This document shows, one piece after another, positions 19,835 through 29,507 of a stretch of DNA of 63,867 bases. This DNA is from a candidate division WOR-3 bacterium (GTDB taxonomy: Bacteria > Hydrothermota > Hydrothermia > JBDRYB01), in contig JBDRYB010000009.1 in assembly GCA_039803205.1 (NCBI GenBank), forward strand, positions 1-63,867, in the 5' to 3' direction. The notes beneath the pieces are model-generated. The model was not told the origin of the DNA. It did no database searches and saw only the letters and a program-made list of their open reading frames with translations. Position 1 is the stretch's first letter. Every line of letters begins with the position of its first letter. A program made the translations under genes and the position numbers.

Positions 19835-20362
19835 ATGCTGGCCTTAGCGCTTCTCTTGGCCGCTGACCCTGCTGAGTGGTTCAAACCCGAGGATGCAGAG
19901 AGGCTATTTTACCGAGAAACAAACATGGTCCGGACTGAGGAAGGTCTTGATACCCTCGCTTATGATTCTCTTCTTTCAAAAGCCGCTAGGGCGCACTCAG
20001 AGGAGATGGCGAAGCTTGACTATCTGTCGCACACATCGCCTGTAAAGGAAAACAGGACCGTTAAGATGAGGGTGGCAAAAGCGGGGGTTGACACGGTTAA
20101 CCATTGGATCGGCGAGAACATCTGTTTGCTATGTGGGTATGGGAAGCCATATATGCTTGATGACCTGAGCGATCCATTCATGCGTTTCGGATACCTGTCC
20201 ATGGCAAAAGACGCGATTGAGGTGCTCATGGGAAGCCCTGGCCACAGGGCTAATATCCTGTCCGAGAATTATACCAGGCTCGGCGTTGGGGTCGCGGTTA
20301 GGTGGGAAAAAGACAAGGAGAGGCTCTGGATCTACTTCACCCAGGTTTTCTGGGGGGAATAG
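19835..20362 (+). CDS. CAP/SCP-domain secreted protein
   Basis: ARAHSEEM, SHTSP, GENI, SPGHRANIL, YFTQVF. Confidence 0.9.
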   Translation: MLALALLLAADPAEWFKPEDAERLFYRETNMVRTEEGLDTLAYDSLLSKAARAHSEEMAKLDYLSHTSPVKENRTVKMRVAKAGVDTVNHWIGENICLLCGYGKPYMLDDLSDPFMRFGYLSMAKDAIEVLMGSPGHRANILSENYTRLGVGVAVRWEKDKERLWIYFTQVFWGE

Positions 20363-20583
20363 GTTGGACCCTGACCGAGATATTCTGAGCCTTAGATGAA
20401 CTTCACGAAATAGAAATCCTGATAGCGGTGGTTCAGGGTCAAAAAACAAAAGGGGGATGGGCTCAGGGCACTAAAATCATTCTCTGAGCGTAAAATTGCC
20501 CCAGGGGTTCCGGGATCACTTTGGCACGAATCAGTTCGCCTCGTTGCAACTCTTCCTCACTTTACCGCATAATTAAAGGCCAA

Positions 20584-20666
20584 GCCCGGGTGGCGGAATG
20601 GCAGACGCACTGGACTTAAAATCCGGTGGCCGAAAGGCCGTGCGGGTTCAAATCCCGCCCCGGGCA
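20584..20666 (+). tRNA. tRNA-Leu (TAA)
   Basis: GCCCGGG/CCCGGGC acceptor stem, anticodon loop CTTAAAA, long variable arm GGCCGAAAGGCC, GGTTCAAATCC T-arm; CCA not encoded. Confidence 0.97.
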
Positions 20667-20667
20667 A

Positions 20668-20863
20668 TCATTTTAGAGAGTGGATTTCCAAAGATGAGTT
20701 CTCAACTGACCATAAACTGACCATAACGCCCTTCTCCCTGACCTTGTCCATGTGATCCGGGGAAAGGTGCGAATAGCGCATCACCATGGCTAGTGTTCTA
20801 TGGCCAAGCAATTCGGCCACGCTCCTGAGGTCAACCCCATCCATGACCTTCCAGCTAGCGTAT
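20668..20863 (-). pseudogene. C-terminal fragment of a tyrosine integrase
   Basis: YASW...GVDLRSVAELLGH...MVMRYSHL; ends next to the tRNA-Leu 3' end; cut at the IS terminus. Confidence 0.85.
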
Positions 20864-21403
20864 CTGGCCCTTACCCATTTCCTCACCTCTTGAAGATTTC
20901 ATCAGGGTTATCCGTGCCCCACATGATAGCTCGCCAGAGCTTCTGTTTATCCACTCGTAATCGGCTCCTCATCCACGCTCACTGATACCGTGAGCCACAT
21001 GAGGCCTCTGGTTATGACCTTCTTGCCCGGCCTGTGGTTCTTGAGCCCACTCCATGCTCCCAGTTTCGCTATGAGAAGGATCACCTTGTTATCGGCCTCA
21101 GCTCCCAGGGAGTAGATGTATCCTCCTGCGAGGGCCGTGATGGATGAGAGAGACTGTATGCTTTGCCAAGAGCGAACCTGGAAGCTATCTGAACCCAGGC
21201 ACTCCTTCATGAACTTGAAGTAATCCTCAACTGCCCACCTCACAGAGTATATCTCGTATACCCTCATGGCCTCATCAGCATCCCTCACCATTGCATAACG
21301 CCTGCTATGTCCCAAGACTTCCATCAGTGGTGAAGGATATTCAAGGAGTCCTTCCATAGGAGACAAATTATGAGGATTAGGGAAGGTTTTGGGCAAGGGT
21401 CAG
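20864..21403 (-). mobile_element. Internally deleted IS4-family (IS50/Tn5-like) element, 540 bp
   Basis: Terminal inverted repeats CTGGCCCTTACCCA at 20864 and CTGACCCTTGCCCA (reverse complement, ending 21403), similar to IS50 end CTGACTCTTATACA; transposase remnant with YREK motif (YSVRWAVEDYFKFMK) and IAKLG...PGKKVITRGL. Confidence 0.88.
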
Positions 21404-21501
21404 CCAAAATCCCTGTTGAGCCATAACCCTTCTGAGGCTTATAATTTGAAACACATGAGAGAGAGTTTTGTTCTTCCCGAAAAATACAAGGGGCTGGGCC
21501 A

Positions 21502-24336
21502 ATGATCAGGAAGGCCCTCATCATGCTGGTAGCAGGGGTTTCGCTCGCGCCTGCCTACTACTTTGGCAAGAACAAGGTCCAGTATAGGGGCTACTCGTGG
21601 AAGATACTCCAGAGCGAACACTTTGACATTTATTATTACGAAGGGTGTGAGCGCCTCGCTCAGTTCGCCATACCCGTTCTTGAGGAGGCTTTTGAGGAAT
21701 ACGCGGCGGTTTTCCCAAAGGTTCCCAAGAACCCTGTGCCCGTGATAATATACTCCTCCCCCAGGGACTTCCAGGCTACGAATGTGATCCTTGAACTCCT
21801 GGATGAAGGGGTTGGAGGGTTCACCGAGATATACAAGAAGCGGGTTGTCGTTCCATACATGGGTTCATACGAGGACTTCAGGCATGTCCTCAGGCACGAG
21901 CTGGTCCATGTCTTTCAGTATCTCATGCTTGAGCGTTTCGGGGGAATGGGGATATACGCTGTCCAGCAGGTTCCCCTTTGGGTGATGGAGGGTCTAGCTG
22001 AGTATCTCTCGGAGGGATGGTCCCAGAGCGCGGAGAGCTTCATGCGGGACGCGGTCATAAACGATTATGCGATCCCCCTGGATGAGCTAGCGCAATACGG
22101 TGGCTACATCGTCTACAAGGAGGGCCAGGCCGCTTTCCGCTTCATTGAAGAAAGATATGGAAGGGAAACCGTGAAGGGGATCATCGGCCGGCTCGCGGGA
22201 AACCCCTCGATATCAGATGCAGTAAAAGGGGTCCTGAACACGGACATGGCACAATTATCAAAGGAGTTCAGCCTTTACAATAAGAAAAAGTATTACGGGT
22301 ATGTAGCGGAATACGAGTTTCCAACCGAGAGGTTCAAGCGCCTGACGGATCACAACAAGGACAGAGGGTGGATGAATGTTGGGCCAGCCCTCTCGCCGAA
22401 CGGGGATAGGATAGCCATAATATCAGACAGAACAGGCTACACGGACATATACCTCCTCTCGCTCTCCGACGGCCGGGTTCTCAAGCGCCTGGTTGCTGGC
22501 CAGAAGACCCCGGACCTTGAAAACCTTCATCTTCTGAGGCCGGGGATATGTTTCAGTCCTGATGGCTCGCGGATCGCGTTCATATCCCAGGGGACCAAGA
22601 CGGACATCCTTCACATCATAGACTCGGAGACGGGCAGGACCATAAAGAAGATACCCCTTTTGGGCCTTGACGCGGCCTATACGCCTGTCTGGAGCCCAAA
22701 CGAAGACCTCGTTGTCTTCGTGGGGACAAAAGGCAGTTCATCTGACCTCTATTCTTTCAGGTTCTCAACTGGCAAGATCACGCAACTTACATTTGACCAC
22801 GCGGAGGAAAGGGACCCCTCTTTTTCATCCGATGGGAACAAGTTGCTCTACGCCTCCGACAGGAAGGAAGGGGAGGGTTTCCTCTACGGGAGCTACGCCA
22901 TCTGGGAGCTTGACCTTCTCTCAGGCCAGACAACGAGGCTCTCGCCGTATCTGGGTTTTGTGGGATGGCCGAGTTATTACGGGGAAGGAATAGCATTTGT
23001 CGGGGAATACCAGGGTTCTCGGAACCTGATGCTTTGGCGGGGGGACAGCCTCTATCTCCTGACAAAGTTCCTGACCGAGATCAAGGACCTCTCTTGGTCC
23101 GGGGACAGGGAGCGTCTGGCCTTCTCAATGCTCTGGGAGGGCGGATACGATGTCTTCGTTAGGACAGGCCAACTTGAGCCAATAATGAGCCTGCCGGTCA
23201 TTGAGATGCCCTCTCGTGTTGTTGACACCGCTCTCTACGCGAAGGCCCCGAAGGCCAAGTTCTCCACGAAAATGAGCATGGATTGGATCACCGGCGGAAT
23301 GAGCTATTCCTCCGCTTATGGCTCTTACGGCACGGTGACAATGGGCTTCTCTGATGTCCTGGGGAACTTCAGGATATATTTCATGACGGATGTCTATTCC
23401 CAGGACATAACGGATGCCAACTTTGACCTCGGGTTCCTTTGGCTCCCATACAGGCCGGATTTTGGGGTTGACCTCTATCAGTTCTGGAACCTATACTGGT
23501 GGCCGGGCGAGAACGGAGACACGGTTGTTTTGGAAAAGGACCTCGGAACGCAGTTCACGGCCTATTATCCGTTTAACAAGTTCAGGCGAGTTGAGGGAGG
23601 CATAGGCTACTCGTATCTCACCTGGTATAGATACTTCTTCATGTCAGAGGCTTATCAGGTCTTGAGAACCCGTTATTACAATCAATTCACGGGTTATTTA
23701 GGCCTCGTCCACGACGATGTCCTTTACTCTTACTCCTCTGGCCCCCTTTCCGGCCAGAGGTGCTTTGCTGGTTTATGGACCAGCCTCCCTGGTTCTGGAT
23801 TGGACACGAGAACAGGCATAGTGGATCTTAGAAAATACTGGCGCCTAACACCCAGGGCAATATGGGCCTGGAGGCTCAAGGGCGGAAGAAGCTTTGGGAA
23901 AAATCCGATGCCCCTTTATGCTGGAGGAGCCACGACGATAAGGGGTTATCCGGACTACTATTTCTCGGGCCAGAACCTCGCGCTCTTCAACACCGAGCTC
24001 AGGATACCCGTCATAGACCACCTAAAGCTGGGTTTCCTGCCCATAGAGATAGGCGGTCTCAGGGGTGTGGTTTTCTACGACATGGGAGCGGCCTGGTTTG
24101 ACTGGGAACCCTTCATCCCCTTTGAAAAGACCGGTTGGCTATACAAGCTGAACAATCCAGCTGATACAGGCACGGGGCTTTATGCTGGCCTTGGGTTCGG
24201 GTTTAGGCTTTATTTGGGATACTTCACCTTGAAGACGGACTTCGCCAGGAGGACGGACTGGGGAAAGATACTCTCGAAAGAGGACGACGGACTGCCCAAC
24301 TGGGTGTTTCACTTGTCGTTCGGAAGCGACTACTAG
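21502..24336 (+). CDS. Omp85-family outer membrane protein with N-terminal gluzincin peptidase and TolB/PD40 propeller
   Basis: Signal peptide; HELVH plus WVMEGLAEY; SPNG/SPDG repeats; GGATTIRGY lid-lock motif; barrel-like C-terminus. Confidence 0.85.
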   Translation: MIRKALIMLVAGVSLAPAYYFGKNKVQYRGYSWKILQSEHFDIYYYEGCERLAQFAIPVLEEAFEEYAAVFPKVPKNPVPVIIYSSPRDFQATNVILELLDEGVGGFTEIYKKRVVVPYMGSYEDFRHVLRHELVHVFQYLMLERFGGMGIYAVQQVPLWVMEGLAEYLSEGWSQSAESFMRDAVINDYAIPLDELAQYGGYIVYKEGQAAFRFIEERYGRETVKGIIGRLAGNPSISDAVKGVLNTDMAQLSKEFSLYNKKKYYGYVAEYEFPTERFKRLTDHNKDRGWMNVGPALSPNGDRIAIISDRTGYTDIYLLSLSDGRVLKRLVAGQKTPDLENLHLLRPGICFSPDGSRIAFISQGTKTDILHIIDSETGRTIKKIPLLGLDAAYTPVWSPNEDLVVFVGTKGSSSDLYSFRFSTGKITQLTFDHAEERDPSFSSDGNKLLYASDRKEGEGFLYGSYAIWELDLLSGQTTRLSPYLGFVGWPSYYGEGIAFVGEYQGSRNLMLWRGDSLYLLTKFLTEIKDLSWSGDRERLAFSMLWEGGYDVFVRTGQLEPIMSLPVIEMPSRVVDTALYAKAPKAKFSTKMSMDWITGGMSYSSAYGSYGTVTMGFSDVLGNFRIYFMTDVYSQDITDANFDLGFLWLPYRPDFGVDLYQFWNLYWWPGENGDTVVLEKDLGTQFTAYYPFNKFRRVEGGIGYSYLTWYRYFFMSEAYQVLRTRYYNQFTGYLGLVHDDVLYSYSSGPLSGQRCFAGLWTSLPGSGLDTRTGIVDLRKYWRLTPRAIWAWRLKGGRSFGKNPMPLYAGGATTIRGYPDYYFSGQNLALFNTELRIPVIDHLKLGFLPIEIGGLRGVVFYDMGAAWFDWEPFIPFEKTGWLYKLNNPADTGTGLYAGLGFGFRLYLGYFTLKTDFARRTDWGKILSKEDDGLPNWVFHLSFGSDY

Positions 24337-24466
24337 GATAAATGAGACCCATTATACCGAGAGCAAGTGTGTCGCCATCGGCTTCTCTCAGCTTTGACGC
24401 CAAGCCCCATTCCCCCCTTTGGTTTCTGATGAGTGTGGGGTTACTGTAAGTGTATCCGGCTATGCC

Positions 24467-25330
24467 TCATCGCAGGTAGATTATCGCGAACATGGCTCCG
24501 GCCCATATTATCACCGAAAGTATTATGCCGGGGTCCCTGAGGATTATCCTATCCGGCGATTCTCCCCGCCTCTCCACGAGATACACGAACCTGAATATGG
24601 CATAAACCACTATGGGCGTTGTCCACACTGCCCAATCGTTTCCCAGGCGGGATATGGTCTCAGGCGATACGGTGTAAAGGGCATATGTGAGGATTGAGAG
24701 GCCAGCAGAGACACTTATCAGCTGATCGAGAAGGCTCTTTGAATACTTGCCCAGGGTCTCCCGGTGATCCCGCGCCCCCTCACCCATTAGAGCGAGCTCT
24801 TGTCTTCTTTTGGCAAGCGCTATGAGCAAGGCGAGAAAAAGGGTTGCGAGAAGGAGCCAGTGAGAGAATGATACCTGGACCAAAACCGCCCCCGCAAATG
24901 CCCTGAGAAGGAACCCCAGGGCAACGGAAAGGACATCAAGGACAACCATCCTTCTCAGCAAGAGGGAATAAAGTATGTTGATGACGAGATAAACCAGGCT
25001 GGTCAAACCAAACCACACCGAAAGCGCAAATGAGGCAAAGATCCCAAGGATGATGAGGACGAGGCCAAATACCAGTGCCCCTGTTGCAGGGACCTCTCCA
25101 GATGGAATGGGCCTGGTTTTCTTGAGGGGGTGGGACTCATCCTCGTGCCTGTCAGCCCAGTCATTGAGGGAGTAGACCCCAGATGATAGAATGCAGAATG
25201 CCGTGAATCCACCGAGAGCGGAGAGGATCTCCGGCGGGGCCAGAAACCTCATCCCGAAAAACGCTCCGGCCAGAACGAACAGGTTCTTAACCCACTGGTC
25301 TGGCCTCGCAAGCTTGATATAGCCCTTCAT
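24467..25330 (-). CDS. UbiA-family prenyltransferase (decaprenyl-phosphate phosphoribosyltransferase-like)
   Basis: RPDQWVKN, NDWADRHEDESHPLKKTRPIPSG, KRRQEL. Confidence 0.9.
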   Translation of the reverse strand: MKGYIKLARPDQWVKNLFVLAGAFFGMRFLAPPEILSALGGFTAFCILSSGVYSLNDWADRHEDESHPLKKTRPIPSGEVPATGALVFGLVLIILGIFASFALSVWFGLTSLVYLVINILYSLLLRRMVVLDVLSVALGFLLRAFAGAVLVQVSFSHWLLLATLFLALLIALAKRRQELALMGEGARDHRETLGKYSKSLLDQLISVSAGLSILTYALYTVSPETISRLGNDWAVWTTPIVVYAIFRFVYLVERRGESPDRIILRDPGIILSVIIWAGAMFAIIYLR

Positions 25331-25394
25331 AGAAACCCCGCGGCAAAACGAATCCCTCCTAAGATGCGAGTAGGCCCCTTTCGTCCCTGTTCCT

Positions 25395-26594
25395 TCATGC
25401 TATGTAAGCCTTTCCGTCCCTTATCTTGACCGCGATCCTCAGCCCTTCCCTAATCTCTTCTGGCTCCTCGCCCAGGGGTATCTGTATGATGTAATCCGGC
25501 AGAAAAACAAACCCCCCCTTTCTTTTGTTGGAGATGATGCCCTCGGTGGTTTTCCCATCAAGGTGAACCAAGACCGCGGCCCTTACCGCCTCGCGCTGGG
25601 CCCTCCTCGTTTCGGTTTCTTTGGCTTCAAGCTCGGGCAGGAGAGCCTCAAGTTCTTCCAGAGTATAAGGAGGTTCCCTATTCTCAAGAACAGCGAGAAC
25701 CTGACGCTGGTTGATTAGGTCGGTGAACCTTCTGAGGGGAGATGTAGCCTGAAGATAGGATGAGAAACCCAGGCCCTTGTGAGAGAGGGGCTTTGCTGAT
25801 AGGTGGGATCTCTTGAGCGCATAGAGGGACTTCACCGGATAAAGTGGATTCTTTAGGGAAGGGGGCTTTCCGTGCGGCTCAGGTTGATGCCGGAATGCGG
25901 CAGGAACCCTGGATTTGGCCAAAAACCCAGCGAGGATGTGGTTGTATAGGATCATGGGTTCTGTAACCATTATCTGCTCCGGTGATTTTGGGTCCACCCT
26001 CTCAAATGTTAATCCCTCGTTTGTTTCGTAGACCTTGAGGTATGGTATCGGGATCAGGCCTCCTCCGGACATCGCCCTTCGTTCCGAAAGCGCTACGGAA
26101 ATGGAGTAGAGAGCGCGTATTTTTGGTTCGTTCTTGAAGAGACCTCTCAGATCCCTGTATGTGAACCTGGATGATAGCCTCATCTGAGCGACTTTTATCT
26201 CCAGATTCCTGGGGTTTCCATCGTCATCCAGGTCAACGAAAACCGAGAGGACCGGGCTCCTCCTGTCCTCGGAGAGCGACAGTTTTTGCCTAATAAGCTC
26301 CTCCGGAAACATGTATGTGTTTTTGCCCGGAATGTAGACCGAAAGTGCCCGGTTTTGCGCTTCTCTGTCAAGAGCGGTTCCCTTGTCTATGAACCAAGAG
26401 ACAAGGGATATGTGCACCCCAAGCCTCCAGAATCTCCCGGAGCTCTCAACGGAGATGGCGTCCTCAGGGTCCGCTATGCCCGGATCGTCAACCGCGAATG
26501 CCCCGCAACCGGTAATGTCCTCGTATCCGCCTGGGAACTCCGGAATCGCACGGGCCTCCGCCAGGGCCTCTGGTGAGAACTCGTTCTCTTTCAT
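25395..26594 (-). CDS. RNB-domain ribonuclease (RNase II/R family), short form
   Basis: FAVDD..ADPEDAIS, LGVHI, HKGLG..SYLQATSPLRRFTDLINQRQ. Confidence 0.85.
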   Translation of the reverse strand: MKENEFSPEALAEARAIPEFPGGYEDITGCGAFAVDDPGIADPEDAISVESSGRFWRLGVHISLVSWFIDKGTALDREAQNRALSVYIPGKNTYMFPEELIRQKLSLSEDRRSPVLSVFVDLDDDGNPRNLEIKVAQMRLSSRFTYRDLRGLFKNEPKIRALYSISVALSERRAMSGGGLIPIPYLKVYETNEGLTFERVDPKSPEQIMVTEPMILYNHILAGFLAKSRVPAAFRHQPEPHGKPPSLKNPLYPVKSLYALKRSHLSAKPLSHKGLGFSSYLQATSPLRRFTDLINQRQVLAVLENREPPYTLEELEALLPELEAKETETRRAQREAVRAAVLVHLDGKTTEGIISNKRKGGFVFLPDYIIQIPLGEEPEEIREGLRIAVKIRDGKAYIA

Positions 26595-27337
26595 GCAGAT
26601 CTTCCCTGTATGTGAAGGGATGTGGCCCTGAGAAAATCAGAAATGGCCTCATTCCCCGAATCCAGCGCCTCATTGGGCTTCCCTTCCCAAGATATTATCC
26701 CATCCGAGAGGAGCACTATCCTGTCTGAGACCTTCGTTGCGAGGTGCATGTCGTGCGTCACAACTACGGATGTCACCCCGAGCTTCTTGTCCAGATCCGA
26801 AATGAGGTCACAAATGGTGTCCGCTGTAACGGGATCGAGGCCTGTGGTTGGCTCATCGTAGAAGAGGTACCTTGGCTTTGAGACTATTGCCCTTGCCACC
26901 CCAACCCTCTTTCTCATGCCTCCAGAGAGCTCCGCTGGATAAAGCCTTTGTGTTCCTCTCATCTCAACCATTTCCAGTGCCTCATCCACCAACCTCTTTA
27001 TCTCATCCTGAGGAAACTTCGCTTCCAATAACGGCAGAGCAACATTCTCGTAGACCGTCATTGAATCAAAGAGGGCTGACCACTGGAAAACGAACCCCAT
27101 GTTCTTTCTCAGGCTGTAAAGCGTTTTCCCCCTTGCCCTATTCACCTCTATTCCGTCAATGAGCACGCTACCTCTGTCTGGTTTCATTAGGCCAACGATG
27201 TTCTTTAGGAGAACCGTCTTGCCAGAGCCGCTCTTTCCGAGTATGGTTATGGTCTCACCATCGCTCACAGTGAGGCTCACGCCAGCGAGAACGGTGTTGC
27301 CCCCGAACGATTTCCAGAGGTCCTTAACTTCTATCAC
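26591..27337 (-). CDS. mlaF: MlaF/Mkl-type ABC transporter ATP-binding protein
   Basis: GKSGSGKT, ALFDSMTVYENV, ELSGGMRKRV, YDEPTTGLDP; GTG at 27337 downstream of a -10 box. Confidence 0.88.
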   Translation of the reverse strand: MIEVKDLWKSFGGNTVLAGVSLTVSDGETITILGKSGSGKTVLLKNIVGLMKPDRGSVLIDGIEVNRARGKTLYSLRKNMGFVFQWSALFDSMTVYENVALPLLEAKFPQDEIKRLVDEALEMVEMRGTQRLYPAELSGGMRKRVGVARAIVSKPRYLFYDEPTTGLDPVTADTICDLISDLDKKLGVTSVVVTHDMHLATKVSDRIVLLSDGIISWEGKPNEALDSGNEAISDFLRATSLHIQGRSA

Positions 27338-27349
27338 GGGCAAATTATA
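27335..27349 (-). promoter_or_regulatory. Leaderless promoter/start motif TATAATTTGCCCGTG (mlaF)
   Basis: -10 hexamer 6 nt before GTG; no SD; identical 15-mer at 41012 and 48091. Confidence 0.7.
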
Positions 27350-27466
27350 TTAGTTGTGAGTTGTCGGTTTCCAGCTAACGCGCTCGCTCACAAAAAACCT
27401 AACCCAAATGGATTCGTCCGCTCAAAAGGGTTGAACCCCAAAGCCCACGGCCATTAAGCTTTGCCC

Positions 27467-28792
27467 GTGCAGGTTCTTCTCATCCTGGCTCAGCTGGAAT
27501 TCCCAGGACTCCTCTCGGATTCCCTTTGGCACCTTCCCATATATACAGGGCATCCGGACGCCGGGCCTGGCTTCCTTTTTTACAGGTATCCTTTTGAGCT
27601 GGAAGGGATAACCCTCAGGTTTGCGAGCGATCCGACATTGTTCCACTCAGCGCCCTTTTCGGTCTCGGCCAGAGGGCTCTCTCTGAGACCGGTGGAGGAC
27701 GAGAAGCCGATAACAAAAGCGTATTCGGAACAGGCAGGTGGGTGGGGCCTATCCAGGTTTGGAGCGCTTTTTTCAAGGAAGCTGGGTCAATCCGGGGACA
27801 TTATGGGCACATTTGATTACAACGAGTTCGGTCTTCTGACCCAACAGACGGTTGGCCACCAGGGCCTTGTTTCGGCCTCTGGCACGGTAAAGGGCCTAAG
27901 GGTAGGAGCACTAGTGCTTTCGGCCAGCAGGGATTCCGCTTCGTATCTTCACGCGAGGGCAGGGGCTGGTTTTGGCCCCATAGAGCTTCTGGGGTGGAGG
28001 AGTAATGCAAGCCCATATGGGTCAGGGGGCCTATCCGTTCACCTCCGTTTAGCAAGATTTGGTCTTGCGGTCCTCAGAGAGGAGCTTTCCTGGAAGGGGA
28101 ACTTCCTTGGCATCTGGGAACCCAAAGTAGTGTGGGGCTCTGGTATGTTGAGGGCGTGGGCAGGCTGGTTTTCGGCCGACTCTGGAGCAGGGCCCGTTCT
28201 TGGAGCAAGGGTATCCGGCCCCCTTGGTTTAGTAGAGGCCGGTTACAGAACGGATATCCCGGATCCGGCCTTCATTCCTGGGACAGAGAGGACTGTTTCT
28301 GAGGCATATATCTATGGGGAATCTAAGGGGTTCGGGCTCGCGGGCAGGGCTGATCTCGGTTATGGAGACTGGGTCTACGGGTATAAGGGGGATTCGGGCG
28401 GGATAGTGGGCATAGGAAAGGGGTTGAGGGCTTCCGGCGCCCTCGCTGGCAATTGGGAGCTCGGCGTTCTTCTTGTGCGGGCCCGCGGACAGGCCTCTTG
28501 GTTCTCTAACCCAGCGCCTGAGCAGGTCTACATCAATGGTTTCGGTCTCGTTGGCCTCAAATTATCAGCGCTCCGAGGGGACATGATCCTGATTCCTTCA
28601 ATAGGATGTCGTTATTACGGCGAACCTTTCAGCTATCTCTGGCCTGAGGCGAGAATTGATGCGACATTCTACAAGGCTGTTAGGGCTTACGCGGCTGTAG
28701 AAAACCTTACGGACGAGACCCTCAACTTCTTCGGCTACAGATGGCCCACCCGGGCCTGGCGATTCGGCGCCAGCCTGATCCTTTGGGACTAG
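27467..28792 (+). CDS. Putative outer membrane beta-barrel protein
   Basis: Short hydrophobic N-terminus; alternating beta-strand pattern; ENLTDE...RFGASLILWD end resembles TonB-dependent receptor or porin ends. Confidence 0.6.
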   Translation: MQVLLILAQLEFPGLLSDSLWHLPIYTGHPDAGPGFLFYRYPFELEGITLRFASDPTLFHSAPFSVSARGLSLRPVEDEKPITKAYSEQAGGWGLSRFGALFSRKLGQSGDIMGTFDYNEFGLLTQQTVGHQGLVSASGTVKGLRVGALVLSASRDSASYLHARAGAGFGPIELLGWRSNASPYGSGGLSVHLRLARFGLAVLREELSWKGNFLGIWEPKVVWGSGMLRAWAGWFSADSGAGPVLGARVSGPLGLVEAGYRTDIPDPAFIPGTERTVSEAYIYGESKGFGLAGRADLGYGDWVYGYKGDSGGIVGIGKGLRASGALAGNWELGVLLVRARGQASWFSNPAPEQVYINGFGLVGLKLSALRGDMILIPSIGCRYYGEPFSYLWPEARIDATFYKAVRAYAAVENLTDETLNFFGYRWPTRAWRFGASLILWD

Positions 28793-28808
28793 ATGGATTT
28801 ACAGCTCC

Positions 28809-29429
28809 TCAATCAAAGGTCTCGTAGTCCCCAGCCTGGATGAGCACTGCTGAGAGATCAAAGAAGAATTTTCTAAGGAGCTCCAGGTTTGCCTGGGAGA
28901 CCTCTATCTGGGTGTAGGGCTTCAGAGCGGCTATCTGAGCCTCGACGGCCTGCTTTTGCGCGCCAAACTGATCCTTAAGGGCCTGAGCGTCCTCGGGCTT
29001 TATCTTCTTCTCCTTGAGGCTCTTGTCAACCGAGGCTATCGCGTTATCAATATCCCTGATCTGGGCGTTGAGCTCCTTGACCTTTTCCTCTGCCAGTATC
29101 CTTATGATGCCCAGCTTCACATTAGTATACACCTTCAGGAACCTCGGGAGATCCCCCTGGAAATCCGTTTTCTTTAAGGCCTCTGTTGTGGCCCTCGGGA
29201 ACTTTATCTTTGCCATTGAACCAAAGGGGTCATCGCCTATCTGCTTCAGGGTTGGTATCAGGTTCTTGAATGTGGGGTTCACATCTGAGTAGCACTTGGC
29301 AAAGGCTCTCAGGTCGGCCTCTATGAGCTGGTAAGACTTTATCTCGTCAGCAGAGGGCATCTTGGGCCCACACCCTAGGGTGATGGCCGCAGCTCCAACC
29401 AGCAAACTCATTCCAGCTTTTTTCAACAT
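28809..29429 (-). CDS. Hypothetical lipoprotein with coiled coil
   Basis: MLKK...ITLGC lipobox; GGAGG RBS. Confidence 0.75.
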   Translation of the reverse strand: MLKKAGMSLLVGAAAITLGCGPKMPSADEIKSYQLIEADLRAFAKCYSDVNPTFKNLIPTLKQIGDDPFGSMAKIKFPRATTEALKKTDFQGDLPRFLKVYTNVKLGIIRILAEEKVKELNAQIRDIDNAIASVDKSLKEKKIKPEDAQALKDQFGAQKQAVEAQIAALKPYTQIEVSQANLELLRKFFFDLSAVLIQAGDYETFD

Positions 29430-29507
29430 CTCAAACCTCCTCTTTGTTCGCGTCGCGAATTATCAAGTTATCTGAGGCGGCGGATCAAGCTATACGATTT
29501 CTGTAGC

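Noticed and set aside
20364..20445. Imperfect inverted repeat GACCCTGA...TCAGGGTC upstream of tRNA-Leu
   Set aside because: Short with a long unpaired interior; only a weak resemblance to the IS ends; no second copy
24426..24466. CTGATGAG, the hammerhead ribozyme core
   Set aside because: No stem II or CGAAA at a suitable distance
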